Below, piece by piece: positions 51,357 through 59,855 of a DNA stretch of 64,000 nt. Position 1 is the stretch's first letter. Each line of letters starts with the position of its first letter. The translations under genes and the position numbers were made by a program. The notes beneath the pieces were generated by a model that was not told the DNA's origin, ran no database searches, and saw only the letters and a program-made list of their open reading frames with translations. Source of the DNA: an uncultured Armatimonadetes bacterium (GTDB lineage: Bacteria; Armatimonadota; UBA5829; DTJY01); contig OY970325.1 in the NCBI GenBank assembly GCA_963717145.1, positions 288,001 through 352,000 of the forward strand. Direction: 5' to 3'.

Positions 51357-52810
51357 TCGGATTCGAACATCGAACATCGAACATCGAACGTCCAACGTCG
51401 AAGGCAAATCCGAAGTCCGAAATCCGAAACTCGAAATCGCGCAGACTCGGGCAGTATTTCACGCCGGAACCTGTCGTCGAGTTGTGCTACCGGATGCTCC
51501 GAACGCTCGACCCGGATGCGGTCAACCCGAGCATCATCGATCCCGCGTGCGGTGAAGGCGCCTTTCTCACTTATGCTCTGGAGCATGACATCACGACCTG
51601 TGACCGTCTATTCGGCGTCGAAAAGGATGCCGCCGTTGCAGATGCCATCCTACCATGCGGTGTGAATCTCCTCATCGGCGACGGTCTCTCCCACACCCCC
51701 ATACTCCCACACTCCCATACTCCCAGTCCCCCATTCTCCGCCAACTGGGTCGTCGGGAACCCACCATTCGGCACTCAGGGATCGGTTGATTGCGAGCACA
51801 TCAAGGCCGACTACACCATCTGGCGAGGGAGCGGCACACGGGACCTCTCCCGTTATCCGATCGAGATTCTCTTTCTGGAGCGGTTTGTCCAGCTTACCAA
51901 ACCTGGAGGTCACATCGCCATCATCATTCCGGACGGCATCCTGGCCAACGCGCGGTTGTCATACGTCCGCGAATGGCTCTGGAAGCGCGCCGAGGTCAAG
52001 GCAGTCATCAGCCTCCCGCAGCATACCTTTCATCGGCACGGCGCCTCCGCGAAGGCGTCGGTGCTGGTGCTGCGCAAGAGGGAGAGTATGGGAGTGTGGG
52101 GGTGTGGGGGTGTGGGAGTGTGGGAGTACGACGGCTCCGGTCGCCCACACTCCCATACCCCCATACTCCCATGCTCTCCCAGCGACCGGCTCGATCCCGC
52201 ATACTACGATTCCGCCTTCGTGGAGAACCAGCGCTTTCTGGAGAGCCTCCCCAATACCGTGCGACTCGGCGACCTGATCGAGTTCACGACTTACGGCCAG
52301 GTTGGATCGCGAGAGTGTTCCGAGTCGGGCGTCCGATTGCTCACCCCGGCGAACCTGCCGGTCGCGGAGGACGGATTGGTGACCGGTGTAGACGTCCATA
52401 ACCCCGAGCGCTTCGTCCCTGAGGGATCGCGAAACGACCCGCCTCGGAGTCGCTTGCGGAAGGGCGACCTGCTCCTCGCTAACAGCGGGGTGGGGTGCAT
52501 CGGGCGGGCGGCGGTCTTCTACTCCGATGAGCCGTGCAACATCAGCCAGCACATCAATCTGATCCGGCTGAGAGGGATCGAGTCCGAGTACGTGGCAGCG
52601 TACCTCCAGACCCGGTTCGGACGCCTTCAGATCGACCGGGAGAAATGCGGTGTCGGTGCGTGCGGGATTAACTTCAGCCGGATAAGATCGATACTGATAC
52701 CCGTCCTGCCGCAAGAGCAGCGCCGGGAGATCGTGGATGGATACCGACGCGGTGATACCCGCCAGGTTGTCTATCAACTGGAGGAGTCCATCCTCCGCGG
52801 GTCGAAATGA
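51353..52810 (+). CDS. N6-adenine DNA methyltransferase fused to an HsdS-type target recognition domain, with in-frame tandem-repeat insertions
   Basis: LGQYFTP (motif X), IDPACGEGAF (motif I), NPPF (motif IV), LTKPGG...IIPDGIL, RLDPAYY linker, and TRD (LRKGDLLL...IGRAA...YVAAYLQT...ILIPVLP). ATGA overlap with fumB. Confidence 0.85.
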   Translation: MIGFEHRTSNIERPTSKANPKSEIRNSKSRRLGQYFTPEPVVELCYRMLRTLDPDAVNPSIIDPACGEGAFLTYALEHDITTCDRLFGVEKDAAVADAILPCGVNLLIGDGLSHTPILPHSHTPSPPFSANWVVGNPPFGTQGSVDCEHIKADYTIWRGSGTRDLSRYPIEILFLERFVQLTKPGGHIAIIIPDGILANARLSYVREWLWKRAEVKAVISLPQHTFHRHGASAKASVLVLRKRESMGVWGCGGVGVWEYDGSGRPHSHTPILPCSPSDRLDPAYYDSAFVENQRFLESLPNTVRLGDLIEFTTYGQVGSRECSESGVRLLTPANLPVAEDGLVTGVDVHNPERFVPEGSRNDPPRSRLRKGDLLLANSGVGCIGRAAVFYSDEPCNISQHINLIRLRGIESEYVAAYLQTRFGRLQIDREKCGVGACGINFSRIRSILIPVLPQEQRREIVDGYRRGDTRQVVYQLEESILRGSK

Positions 52811-52838
52811 GCATCAGTCCAAGTGGAGGGCAAAGCTA

Positions 52839-53069
52839 TTGAGCAAGACATACCGGTTTCCCGTTATCATCGAGCAGGATGAAGACGGAATGTACGTCGC
52901 CACAGTTCCCGCACTGCAGGGATGTACTACTCAGGGACGAACGCTTGACGAACTCGAGACGAACGTTCGCGAGGCAATTGAACTCTGCCTGGAAGTCGAG
53001 CAGGACGGGAAGAACGACGTTCGGCACAACAGGTTCGTGGGCATTCACGAGATAGAAGTAGCGGCATGA
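52839..53069 (+). CDS. hicB: HicB-family antitoxin (short form without DNA-binding domain)
   Basis: FPVIIEQDEDGMYVATVPALQGCTTQGRTLDELETNVREAIEL. TTG start after GGAGG. Confidence 0.9.
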   Translation: MSKTYRFPVIIEQDEDGMYVATVPALQGCTTQGRTLDELETNVREAIELCLEVEQDGKNDVRHNRFVGIHEIEVAA

Positions 53070-53299
53070 CGGGCCTCACGCCTGTGGCCGCAAAGACCAT
53101 GGCGGCCGTGCTAAGGCGTCTTGGATTTGTGTTGATTCGTCGGCGTGGCAGCCACGCCTTCTACCGGCATCCGGATGGCAGGAGCACGGTTCTGGCGATG
53201 CACTCCGCCGTCGATCTCGGCAAGGGCGCCATACGCGGCATCCTGAAGAACATCGACATTTCCGTCGAGGAGTTCGAAGGTCTGAGAAAGACGGTCTAG
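53066..53299 (+). CDS. hicA: HicA-family mRNA interferase toxin
   Basis: LRRLGF...RRRGSHAFYRHPDGR...H...DLGKGAIRGIL. ATGA overlap with hicB. Confidence 0.9.
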   Translation: MTGLTPVAAKTMAAVLRRLGFVLIRRRGSHAFYRHPDGRSTVLAMHSAVDLGKGAIRGILKNIDISVEEFEGLRKTV

Positions 53300-53373
53300 C
53301 CTCATTGATGCGCGTCACAGGATTCACGAGGTTCCCGTTCCGCGTGGCACGCCGGACGATACTCTGAAAAGCG

Positions 53374-53405
53374 AGAAAGCCGAGGTCAGATGACCTCGGC
53401 TTTCT
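53374..53405. terminator. Probable bidirectional intrinsic terminator
   Basis: agaaagccgaggtca-ga-tgacctcggctttct between convergent hicA and hppA. Confidence 0.75.
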
Positions 53406-53426
53406 TTGAGTGCGTATCTGTTGAAA

Positions 53427-55911
53427 CTAGACCTTCTCGAGTTCCACTTCGCACGGTGTGGGCGATGGCGGTGCATTCACATCGACATCGATTCCACCGC
53501 GCTTGCTCCACAGAGTCGCGCCGGTGAGCGCGAGAACCGCGACCACAACGATCGCTGTCCGCGCGCCCGTGGAGATCGGATGGATCGCTATCGGTACGAC
53601 CAGGATCGCGACCAGGTTCATGACCTTGATCAGCGGGTTCAGCGCCGGGCCGGCGGTGTCCTTGAACGGATCGCCGACGGTGTCGCCGACGACGCGCCGC
53701 CTTGTGCTCCGGCGTGCCCTTGCCGCCGAACATGCCGTCCTCGATCTTCTTCTTGGCGTTGTCCCAGAGGCCGCCGGTGTTCGAGAGGAAGACCGCCATC
53801 AACTGGCCGGTGAGGATCGCGCCGGCCAGGAATCCGCCGAGCGCCGCCGCGCCTCTGAGCGGATCGCCGTAGCCGAGGCCGAAACCGACCAGGATCGGAG
53901 CGCTCACGGCCAGGACCGCCGGGCTCATGAGCTCCTTCTGAGCGGCAGCGGTCGAGATGGCAACGCACTTCTGGTAGTCCGGCTTGCCCTTGTCGGAGCC
54001 GGAGCGCGGATCGTAGTCCATGATGCCCGACGATCTCGCGGAACTGCCGGCGCACTTCCTCAACGAGCTGGAACGCCGCGCGGCTGACCGCGTTGATCGC
54101 GAACGAGCAGAACAGGAACGGCACCGCGCCGCCGATCAGCAGGCCGATGAACACCTCGGTCCAGTCGACGCGGATGCCGAGATCGAGCAGACTCGGCATC
54201 CGCCATGAACGAGCGGAAGAGCGCCGTCGCCGCGATGACCGCGGTGGCGATCGCCAGGCCCTTGGTGAGCGCCTTGGTCGTGTTGCCGACCGCGTCGAGC
54301 TTGGCGACGATCTTGTGCGCGTTGCTGTCCTCGCCGTCGTCCTTCAGCGCGCCGGACATCTCGAAGATGCCGTTCGCATTGTCGGAGATCGGGCCGTAGG
54401 TGTCCATCGCGAGCATGAAGCCCGTGGTGGCGAGCAGTCCGAGGCCGGAGAGCGCGATGCCGTAAGCGGCCATCGCAGGATCGCCCTTGAAGAGCAGCAT
54501 CGAGCCGAGAGCATGGCAACCGCAGATCGCCACGACGCCCCACACGCTCGACTCCAGGCCGGAGGCGAAACCGCTCAGGATGATCGTCGCAGGGCCGGTC
54601 TTGGCCGCCTTGGCGCACTCGGTGACCGGCTTCTTGTCGATCGCGGTGAAGTGCTCGGTCAGTCTTGTCGATGACCAGCGCGAGGATGATACCGATCAGG
54701 TTCGCGGCGGCGAATCTCCACCACTCGAATCCCGCGATCGGGAGCTTGATCTCGAAGATATAGTAGGAGACTCCGAAGAACCCGACGACCGCGATGGCTG
54801 CCGATGCCCAGAAGCCGATGTTGATCGGCTTCATCGGGTTCATGTTCATGTCGTCCTTGCCGCCCACGCAGTAGATGCCGATGATCGAGGCGACGACGCC
54901 GACCGCTCTGATGAGCAGCGGGTAGACCACCAGCGCCGAGGACGGCCATGACCGCCGCCGCCGACAGTCCAGGACCGGAAGCCGCCGCGCCGAGGATGAT
55001 CGCCGCCACCAGCGTGACCTCGTAGCACTCGAAGACGTCCGCCGCCATACCGGCGCAGTCGCCGACGTTGTCGCCGACGTTGTCGGCGATGGTGGCGGCG
55101 TTGCGGGGGTCGTCCTCCGGGATGCCCTGCTCGACCTTGCCGACCAGGTCAGCGCCCACGTCAGCGGCCTTGGTGTAGATGCCGCCGCCGATCCTCATGA
55201 ACAGGGCGGCGAGACATCCGCCGAATCCGAAGCCGATCAGGACCTTCATCGACTGCTGCCGAACAGGAAGAAAACAGCGCATGCGCCCAGCAGGCCGAGG
55301 CCGACCGTCGCCATGCCGGAGACGCCGCCCGCGCGGAACGCCACGTACAGCGCCTTCTTGAAGCTGGTCAGCGCGGCGTTGGCGACTCGGACGTTCGCCC
55401 GGACGGCCATCATCATGCCGATGTAGCCGGCCAGATACGATGCGGCCACGCCGAGCACGAAGGCGATGCTGACGCCCACGTACACCGGGATGAAACCGAA
55501 CACCCGGTCCATATATTGGAATTCCGGGATCGGCTTATACAGGAAGATCAGGCCGATCGCGATCACGATGACGAACCAGATCATCGTGGACACCTGGCGC
55601 TTCAGGTAGGCCATGGCGCCCTCCTGGACCGCGTGTGATACGCTGACCATTCCCTTCGATCCCGGGTCCTCTTTCATGATCTGCCGGAACCACAATCCGC
55701 CGAAGACGAGGCCGATGAGCGCACATATGAAGACGATAAGGACGCTCGGCCACATGATATCGAGCTTGCCGAATTCCGGCAGCGCGATGGCTTCGGACGC
55801 GTGTGCAGTACTCTTCAGCGCCAGCACACCGATAGTTGTGGCGGCAACAACCGCCGACCGACTGAACAATCCTCGGAGCAGGTCCGAGACGCGTTCGGTT
55901 GCGTGAAGCAT
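53427..55911 (-). CDS. hppA: Membrane-bound H+-translocating pyrophosphatase, K+-independent type (at least six frameshifts as assembled)
   Basis: [58 protein letters not shown] and WDNAKK motifs spread over seven overlapping ORF fragments. Confidence 0.9.
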
Positions 55912-56031
55912 GGTAGATGATTCCTCCTTCTCTCAGACTAAGCAGACCGGTCCTGACCGGCCCGCATGTAATACCTCTTTGCCCGGGTGGAAACAGCGCT
56001 CGCTAACCCGGACTGGTGGCAAACCCTACCG

Positions 56032-56060
56032 ATTATAGGGACATCGACCTCCCATGTCAA
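56032..56060 (-). promoter_or_regulatory. Consensus sigma-70 promoter of hppA
   Basis: Minus strand TTGACA-17 bp-TATAAT. Confidence 0.8.
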
Positions 56061-56117
56061 CCAATCGGAACCGTCTCCCAAGCGTCCCACCTCGACGTGT
56101 TCCCGAAGTTTGCCTGG

Positions 56118-56146
56118 TGGACAAAGGAGAGCCGCTTCGGTATAAT
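56118..56146 (+). promoter_or_regulatory. Sigma-70 promoter of mlaEFD
   Basis: TGGACA-17 bp-TATAAT. Confidence 0.7.
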
Positions 56147-56194
56147 GGGAGCTGCAACAGAGTTGCCCCGATGAGGGCAGATCGAGGTGGCGGT

Positions 56195-57007
56195 GTGGCG
56201 AACGGGTTCGACCTGGCGGTAGATGCCTCTGAGCGGGCGATCATGCGGCAGATCAACAGCTTCTTCGGGTTCCTGGGAGAAGCTACCCTGGTCGCAGGCG
56301 GCGCGATCAGACACATCATCCAGGGTGAGGTCAGCGTCAAGGATACCGTCAGCCAGATGGCGAGTATCGGCGTGAATTCTATCCCGATCGTCGTCGTCAC
56401 AACCGCTTTCTCGGGAGCGGTCTTCGCACTCTATACGACACAGCTACTCGTTCAGTATGGCGCCGGCAATCTTGTCGGAGGAGGCATCTCACTCTCAGTG
56501 GCAAGGGAGCTGGCTCCGGTCCTGACCGCCATAGTTGTCGCCGCGCGAGCGGGATCGGCGATTGCGGCAGAGATCGGTACGATGAAAGTCACCGAGCAGA
56601 TAGATGCACTCCGGTCGCTCGGCACAAGTCCCATTCAGTACCTGGTCGTGCCGCGCTTCCTGGCTCTCATCATCATGCTGCCCGTGCTCACGATGATGGG
56701 GATGATCATAGGCAGCTTCGGCGGCTATGTCGTCGCGACTATGAACGGCGTTTCCGGACCGACCTACATGAACTCGACAAGAGTCTGGGTTCTTGTCTAT
56801 GATGTTGTGATGGGCCTGCTGAAGACGGTTTTCTTCGGTGCGTTCATAGCTACTGTCGGCACTCAGCAGGGACTGGCCACCACCGGCGGCGCTGCAGGAG
56901 TCGGCAACCGCACGATGAATGCCGTCGTCCTCTCGATGGTTCTCATCTATATCTCGAACTTCTTCCTGGCAGATATCATGTTCGGGGGAAGGGCGACGGG
57001 GTTCTGA
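56195..57007 (+). CDS. mlaE: MlaE-family ABC lipid transporter permease
   Basis: RELAPVLTA...RAGSAIAAEIGTMKVTEQIDAL...YLVVPR. GTG start after GAGGTGG (ATG 56171 is an alternative). Confidence 0.93.
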   Translation: MANGFDLAVDASERAIMRQINSFFGFLGEATLVAGGAIRHIIQGEVSVKDTVSQMASIGVNSIPIVVVTTAFSGAVFALYTTQLLVQYGAGNLVGGGISLSVARELAPVLTAIVVAARAGSAIAAEIGTMKVTEQIDALRSLGTSPIQYLVVPRFLALIIMLPVLTMMGMIIGSFGGYVVATMNGVSGPTYMNSTRVWVLVYDVVMGLLKTVFFGAFIATVGTQQGLATTGGAAGVGNRTMNAVVLSMVLIYISNFFLADIMFGGRATGF

Positions 57008-57020
57008 GAGAGTAGTCGGT

Positions 57021-57088
57021 TGTAGTGGCCGCGCCTCTGTGCCGGCCATACAATGGCGGATGGCCGGCACAGAGGCGCGGCCACTACA
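57021..57088. repeat. GTAG-type REP doublet (third sequence family), 29-bp perfect arms
   Basis: tGTAGtggccgcgcctctgtgccggccat and its reverse complement. Partial relatives at ~59184-59240. Confidence 0.85.
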
Positions 57089-57097
57089 GGGGTTGGA

Positions 57098-57853
57098 TTG
57101 ATTACTGTCCGAGGTCTGCACTATCGAGTTGATGGTCGAGAGATACTGAACGATGCGAACCTCCACGTCCGAGCGGGGGACACGGTTTCCGTAATGGGTA
57201 TATCCGGCTCAGGGAAGACGACGCTGCTCAAGATCATGTCGGGGCTGATCAGGCCCTCGTCCGGGCAGGTGATTCTCGATCAGACCGATACCACAAAGCT
57301 TCCTGAGCAGGAGTTGAACCGCATCAGGCACCGAGTCGGAGTCGTCTTCCAGTTTGGAGCGCTCTTCGACTCGATGACGGTCTATGAAAACGTGGCATTC
57401 GCTCTGTCGCGGCACACTCAGCTCAGTTCCGCGGAGATCGACGACATAGTGGCCCAGAAGCTGGAGTTGGTCGGGCTCCCGGGGACGGAGAGCCTGATGC
57501 CCTCGCAGTTAAGCGGGGGAATGAGAAAGCGAGTGGGGCTTGCACGGGCGATCGCGATGAACCCCCAGTTGCTGTTCTATGACGAGCCGACGAGCGGACT
57601 CGACCCGGTCATGACGAAGGTGATCGGGAACCAGATAACGGATATGAGGGATAAGCTGGGAGTCACTTCAGTGGTAGTATCCCATGACATAAAGAGCATT
57701 TTCTCGATCTCCGACCGGATAGCGATGCTCCACGAGGGGACGATCATCGCCTACGGGACGCCCGACGAGATCCGGGCGTCCGAGGACGAGAGGGTGCAGC
57801 AGTTCATCCAGGGCCGGGCCGAAGGTCCGATCCAGCCATCCATGAGGGAATGA
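57098..57853 (+). CDS. mlaF: MlaF-family ABC ATPase
   Basis: GISGSGKT, FQFGALFDSMTV, LSGGMRKRVGLARA and YDEPTSGLDP motifs. Confidence 0.93.
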   Translation: MITVRGLHYRVDGREILNDANLHVRAGDTVSVMGISGSGKTTLLKIMSGLIRPSSGQVILDQTDTTKLPEQELNRIRHRVGVVFQFGALFDSMTVYENVAFALSRHTQLSSAEIDDIVAQKLELVGLPGTESLMPSQLSGGMRKRVGLARAIAMNPQLLFYDEPTSGLDPVMTKVIGNQITDMRDKLGVTSVVVSHDIKSIFSISDRIAMLHEGTIIAYGTPDEIRASEDERVQQFIQGRAEGPIQPSMRE

Positions 57854-57860
57854 CGATATC

Positions 57861-59183
57861 ATGGCGATAAGGCCAGCAGTAAGAGTCGGCATACTGGTTT
57901 TTCTGGCGTTCGTAGCATTCGTTCTGGTGTTCCTGTTCCTCAGAGGCTATGCGCTTCTCGCGAACAGATACATCGTCGTCGTCACGTTCGACAATGCGCT
58001 GGGGCTCATCGAGGGTGCGGAAGTCAGGATGGCCGGTGTCCCGATAGGACGAGTCGCCAGCGTGACGCTTGATGAAAACCAACGTGCCAGAGCCGTTCTG
58101 GATATAAACCGCAAGTATCGCATACCGAAGGGATCCAAGTTCATCATACAGACCGGTCTCCTGATCTCTCAGCAGTTCGTTGAGGTCTTCCCGAACCGAA
58201 AGGGGAAGGAGTACATCAGGGACGGGGCCAAGCTGGAAGGCGAGATGCCGGTAAGAGTGGAAGAACTTCTGCCCAGGGCTGTGGTCATCCTCGACAACCT
58301 GGCCGAGTCAACTGCCCATCTGAGGAATCTCGTCGGCGACGAGTACTTCCAGCATGACGTTCGGCAATCAGCCAGGAACATCGAGGAACTGACCGCCAAG
58401 CTGGACAAGACCGTGGGGCTCATCCAGGGCAACATGATCCGCTCCCGGGACGACTTCGACGCCATCGTGTCGAACCTGCGACTCGCCAGCTCAAACGTTC
58501 GGAATATGACGGCGGATCTCGAGTCCTTCGTCTCGGATTCCGAGCTTCAGGGGAATATGCGGGAGACTCTGGTCGCTGCTCGGCGATCGGCCGAGACACT
58601 TGAGGAGGTTGCTGCAAGTGTCGAACGTTCGGCGACGAGCATCGAGGCACTGGTAACCGCCCCGGAGTTTCAGAAGGATATTCGCGAGACCGTTTCCGAT
58701 GCGAGGCAGACGGTCGAGGCGGCTCGTGATGCCGTGGAACGGGTGAACAAGCTGCTCGGCGGTGGCGGCGGACCGAAGTTCAAGATTCCGACCAGGGATA
58801 CGAATCTGGACGTGCTCTACGTCCCGGACGACGACAGGTTGCGAGTAGACCTGGCGACCTCGGTCCCGCTCTCCGACAGCGGGTTCCTCTCGCTCGGCCT
58901 GTACGATCTGGGGGTCAGCAACAAGCTGATCCTTCAGGCGGGAAAGCCTCTCGGAAGCAGGACCGATCTGCGCTATGGCCTGTACGCGTCCCGACTGGGG
59001 GTCGGGTTGGACTATAACTTCTCGCCGAGATCGTTCGGGCGCCTCGATCTCTACGATACGGAGAATACCAAGCTGAACATGCGGGCCGGTTATCGTTTCA
59101 GCGAGAGCCTCGGCATGCTGATAGGCGTTGACGACTTGCTTGGCGAGAACAAGGCGACCATCGGCCTGCAGTTTGCCAGATAA
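57861..59183 (+). CDS. mlaD: MlaD/MCE protein with long helical region and C-terminal beta-strand-rich (barrel-like) domain
   Basis: TM anchor, FDNALGLIEGAEVRMAGVPIGRV MCE motif, heptad-rich middle region, and amphipathic strands ending ATIGLQF. Confidence 0.88.
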   Translation: MAIRPAVRVGILVFLAFVAFVLVFLFLRGYALLANRYIVVVTFDNALGLIEGAEVRMAGVPIGRVASVTLDENQRARAVLDINRKYRIPKGSKFIIQTGLLISQQFVEVFPNRKGKEYIRDGAKLEGEMPVRVEELLPRAVVILDNLAESTAHLRNLVGDEYFQHDVRQSARNIEELTAKLDKTVGLIQGNMIRSRDDFDAIVSNLRLASSNVRNMTADLESFVSDSELQGNMRETLVAARRSAETLEEVAASVERSATSIEALVTAPEFQKDIRETVSDARQTVEAARDAVERVNKLLGGGGGPKFKIPTRDTNLDVLYVPDDDRLRVDLATSVPLSDSGFLSLGLYDLGVSNKLILQAGKPLGSRTDLRYGLYASRLGVGLDYNFSPRSFGRLDLYDTENTKLNMRAGYRFSESLGMLIGVDDLLGENKATIGLQFAR

Positions 59184-59303
59184 CGGCCGTGCATTGTGCC
59201 GGCCATTCACAGATGTAGGGGCGAAACATTTGCCCACCTTGTAGATCGTGCTGCCGGACCTGGAGCAAATGGTTCGCCCGGCGAGGAGTAGAAGGGAGAA
59301 AAC

Positions 59304-59750
59304 ATGAAAGTTATACTAGTACGAGAGGTCAAGAGTCTGGGGAAGCCGGACGATATCGTGAACGTCGCCGAAGGTTATGCGAGGAACTTCCTGTTCCCTC
59401 GCCAGTTGGCTGTACCGGCGGATGCCGGTCACATGGCCGAGTTGGAAAAGCGGCGCAAGAAGGAAGAGCTGAAAGGCGAGAAACTCCTCGAAGAAGGCAA
59501 GTCACTCGGAGAGAAGCTCGAGGGCAAGCACGTCACGATCAAGGGCAAGGTCGGCCAGGGCACGAAGCTATATGGCGCGATCACCTCTGCCGATATTGTC
59601 GAAGCCATTCAGGCGCAACTCGACCTGAAGGTCGACAAGCGCAAGATCGAGACCGAGGACGCGATCAAGACCATCGGCTCTCATGACATCAAGATCCACC
59701 TCCATCGGGATGTGATCGTAGGCATGCAGGTCGAGGTAGTGGGGGAGTAA
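59304..59750 (+). CDS. rplI: 50S ribosomal protein L9
   Basis: MKVIL...LGK...V.EGYARNFLFP and KLYGAIT motifs. Confidence 0.97.
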   Translation: MKVILVREVKSLGKPDDIVNVAEGYARNFLFPRQLAVPADAGHMAELEKRRKKEELKGEKLLEEGKSLGEKLEGKHVTIKGKVGQGTKLYGAITSADIVEAIQAQLDLKVDKRKIETEDAIKTIGSHDIKIHLHRDVIVGMQVEVVGE

Positions 59751-59759
59751 CAACTCCTC

Positions 59760-59838
59760 CCTCATACTCCTACTCGTACTCGTAATCGTACTCGAAACGG
59801 CCTTGAGTATGAGTATGAGTAGGAATAGGAGTATGAGG
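59760..59838. repeat. Inverted 6-mer tandem-repeat hairpin (TACTCG / GAGTAT)
   Basis: cctcatactcctactcgtactcgtaatcgtactcg ... gagtatgagtatgagtaggaataggagtatgagg. Confidence 0.85.
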
Positions 59839-59855
59839 CAGAGCAGACAAGAACT

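Noticed and set aside
51353-52810. Complete type I or IIG restriction-modification system
   Set aside because: No HsdR or PD-(D/E)xK nuclease domain is present in the gene or its neighbours.
55912-56025. Fluoride riboswitch upstream of hppA
   Set aside because: No GGnGAUGGnGUUCnCC-type core is present.
49892-59838. Short repeat arrays as CRISPR
   Set aside because: Units are 6-8 nt, contiguous and without unique spacers. No cas genes are present.
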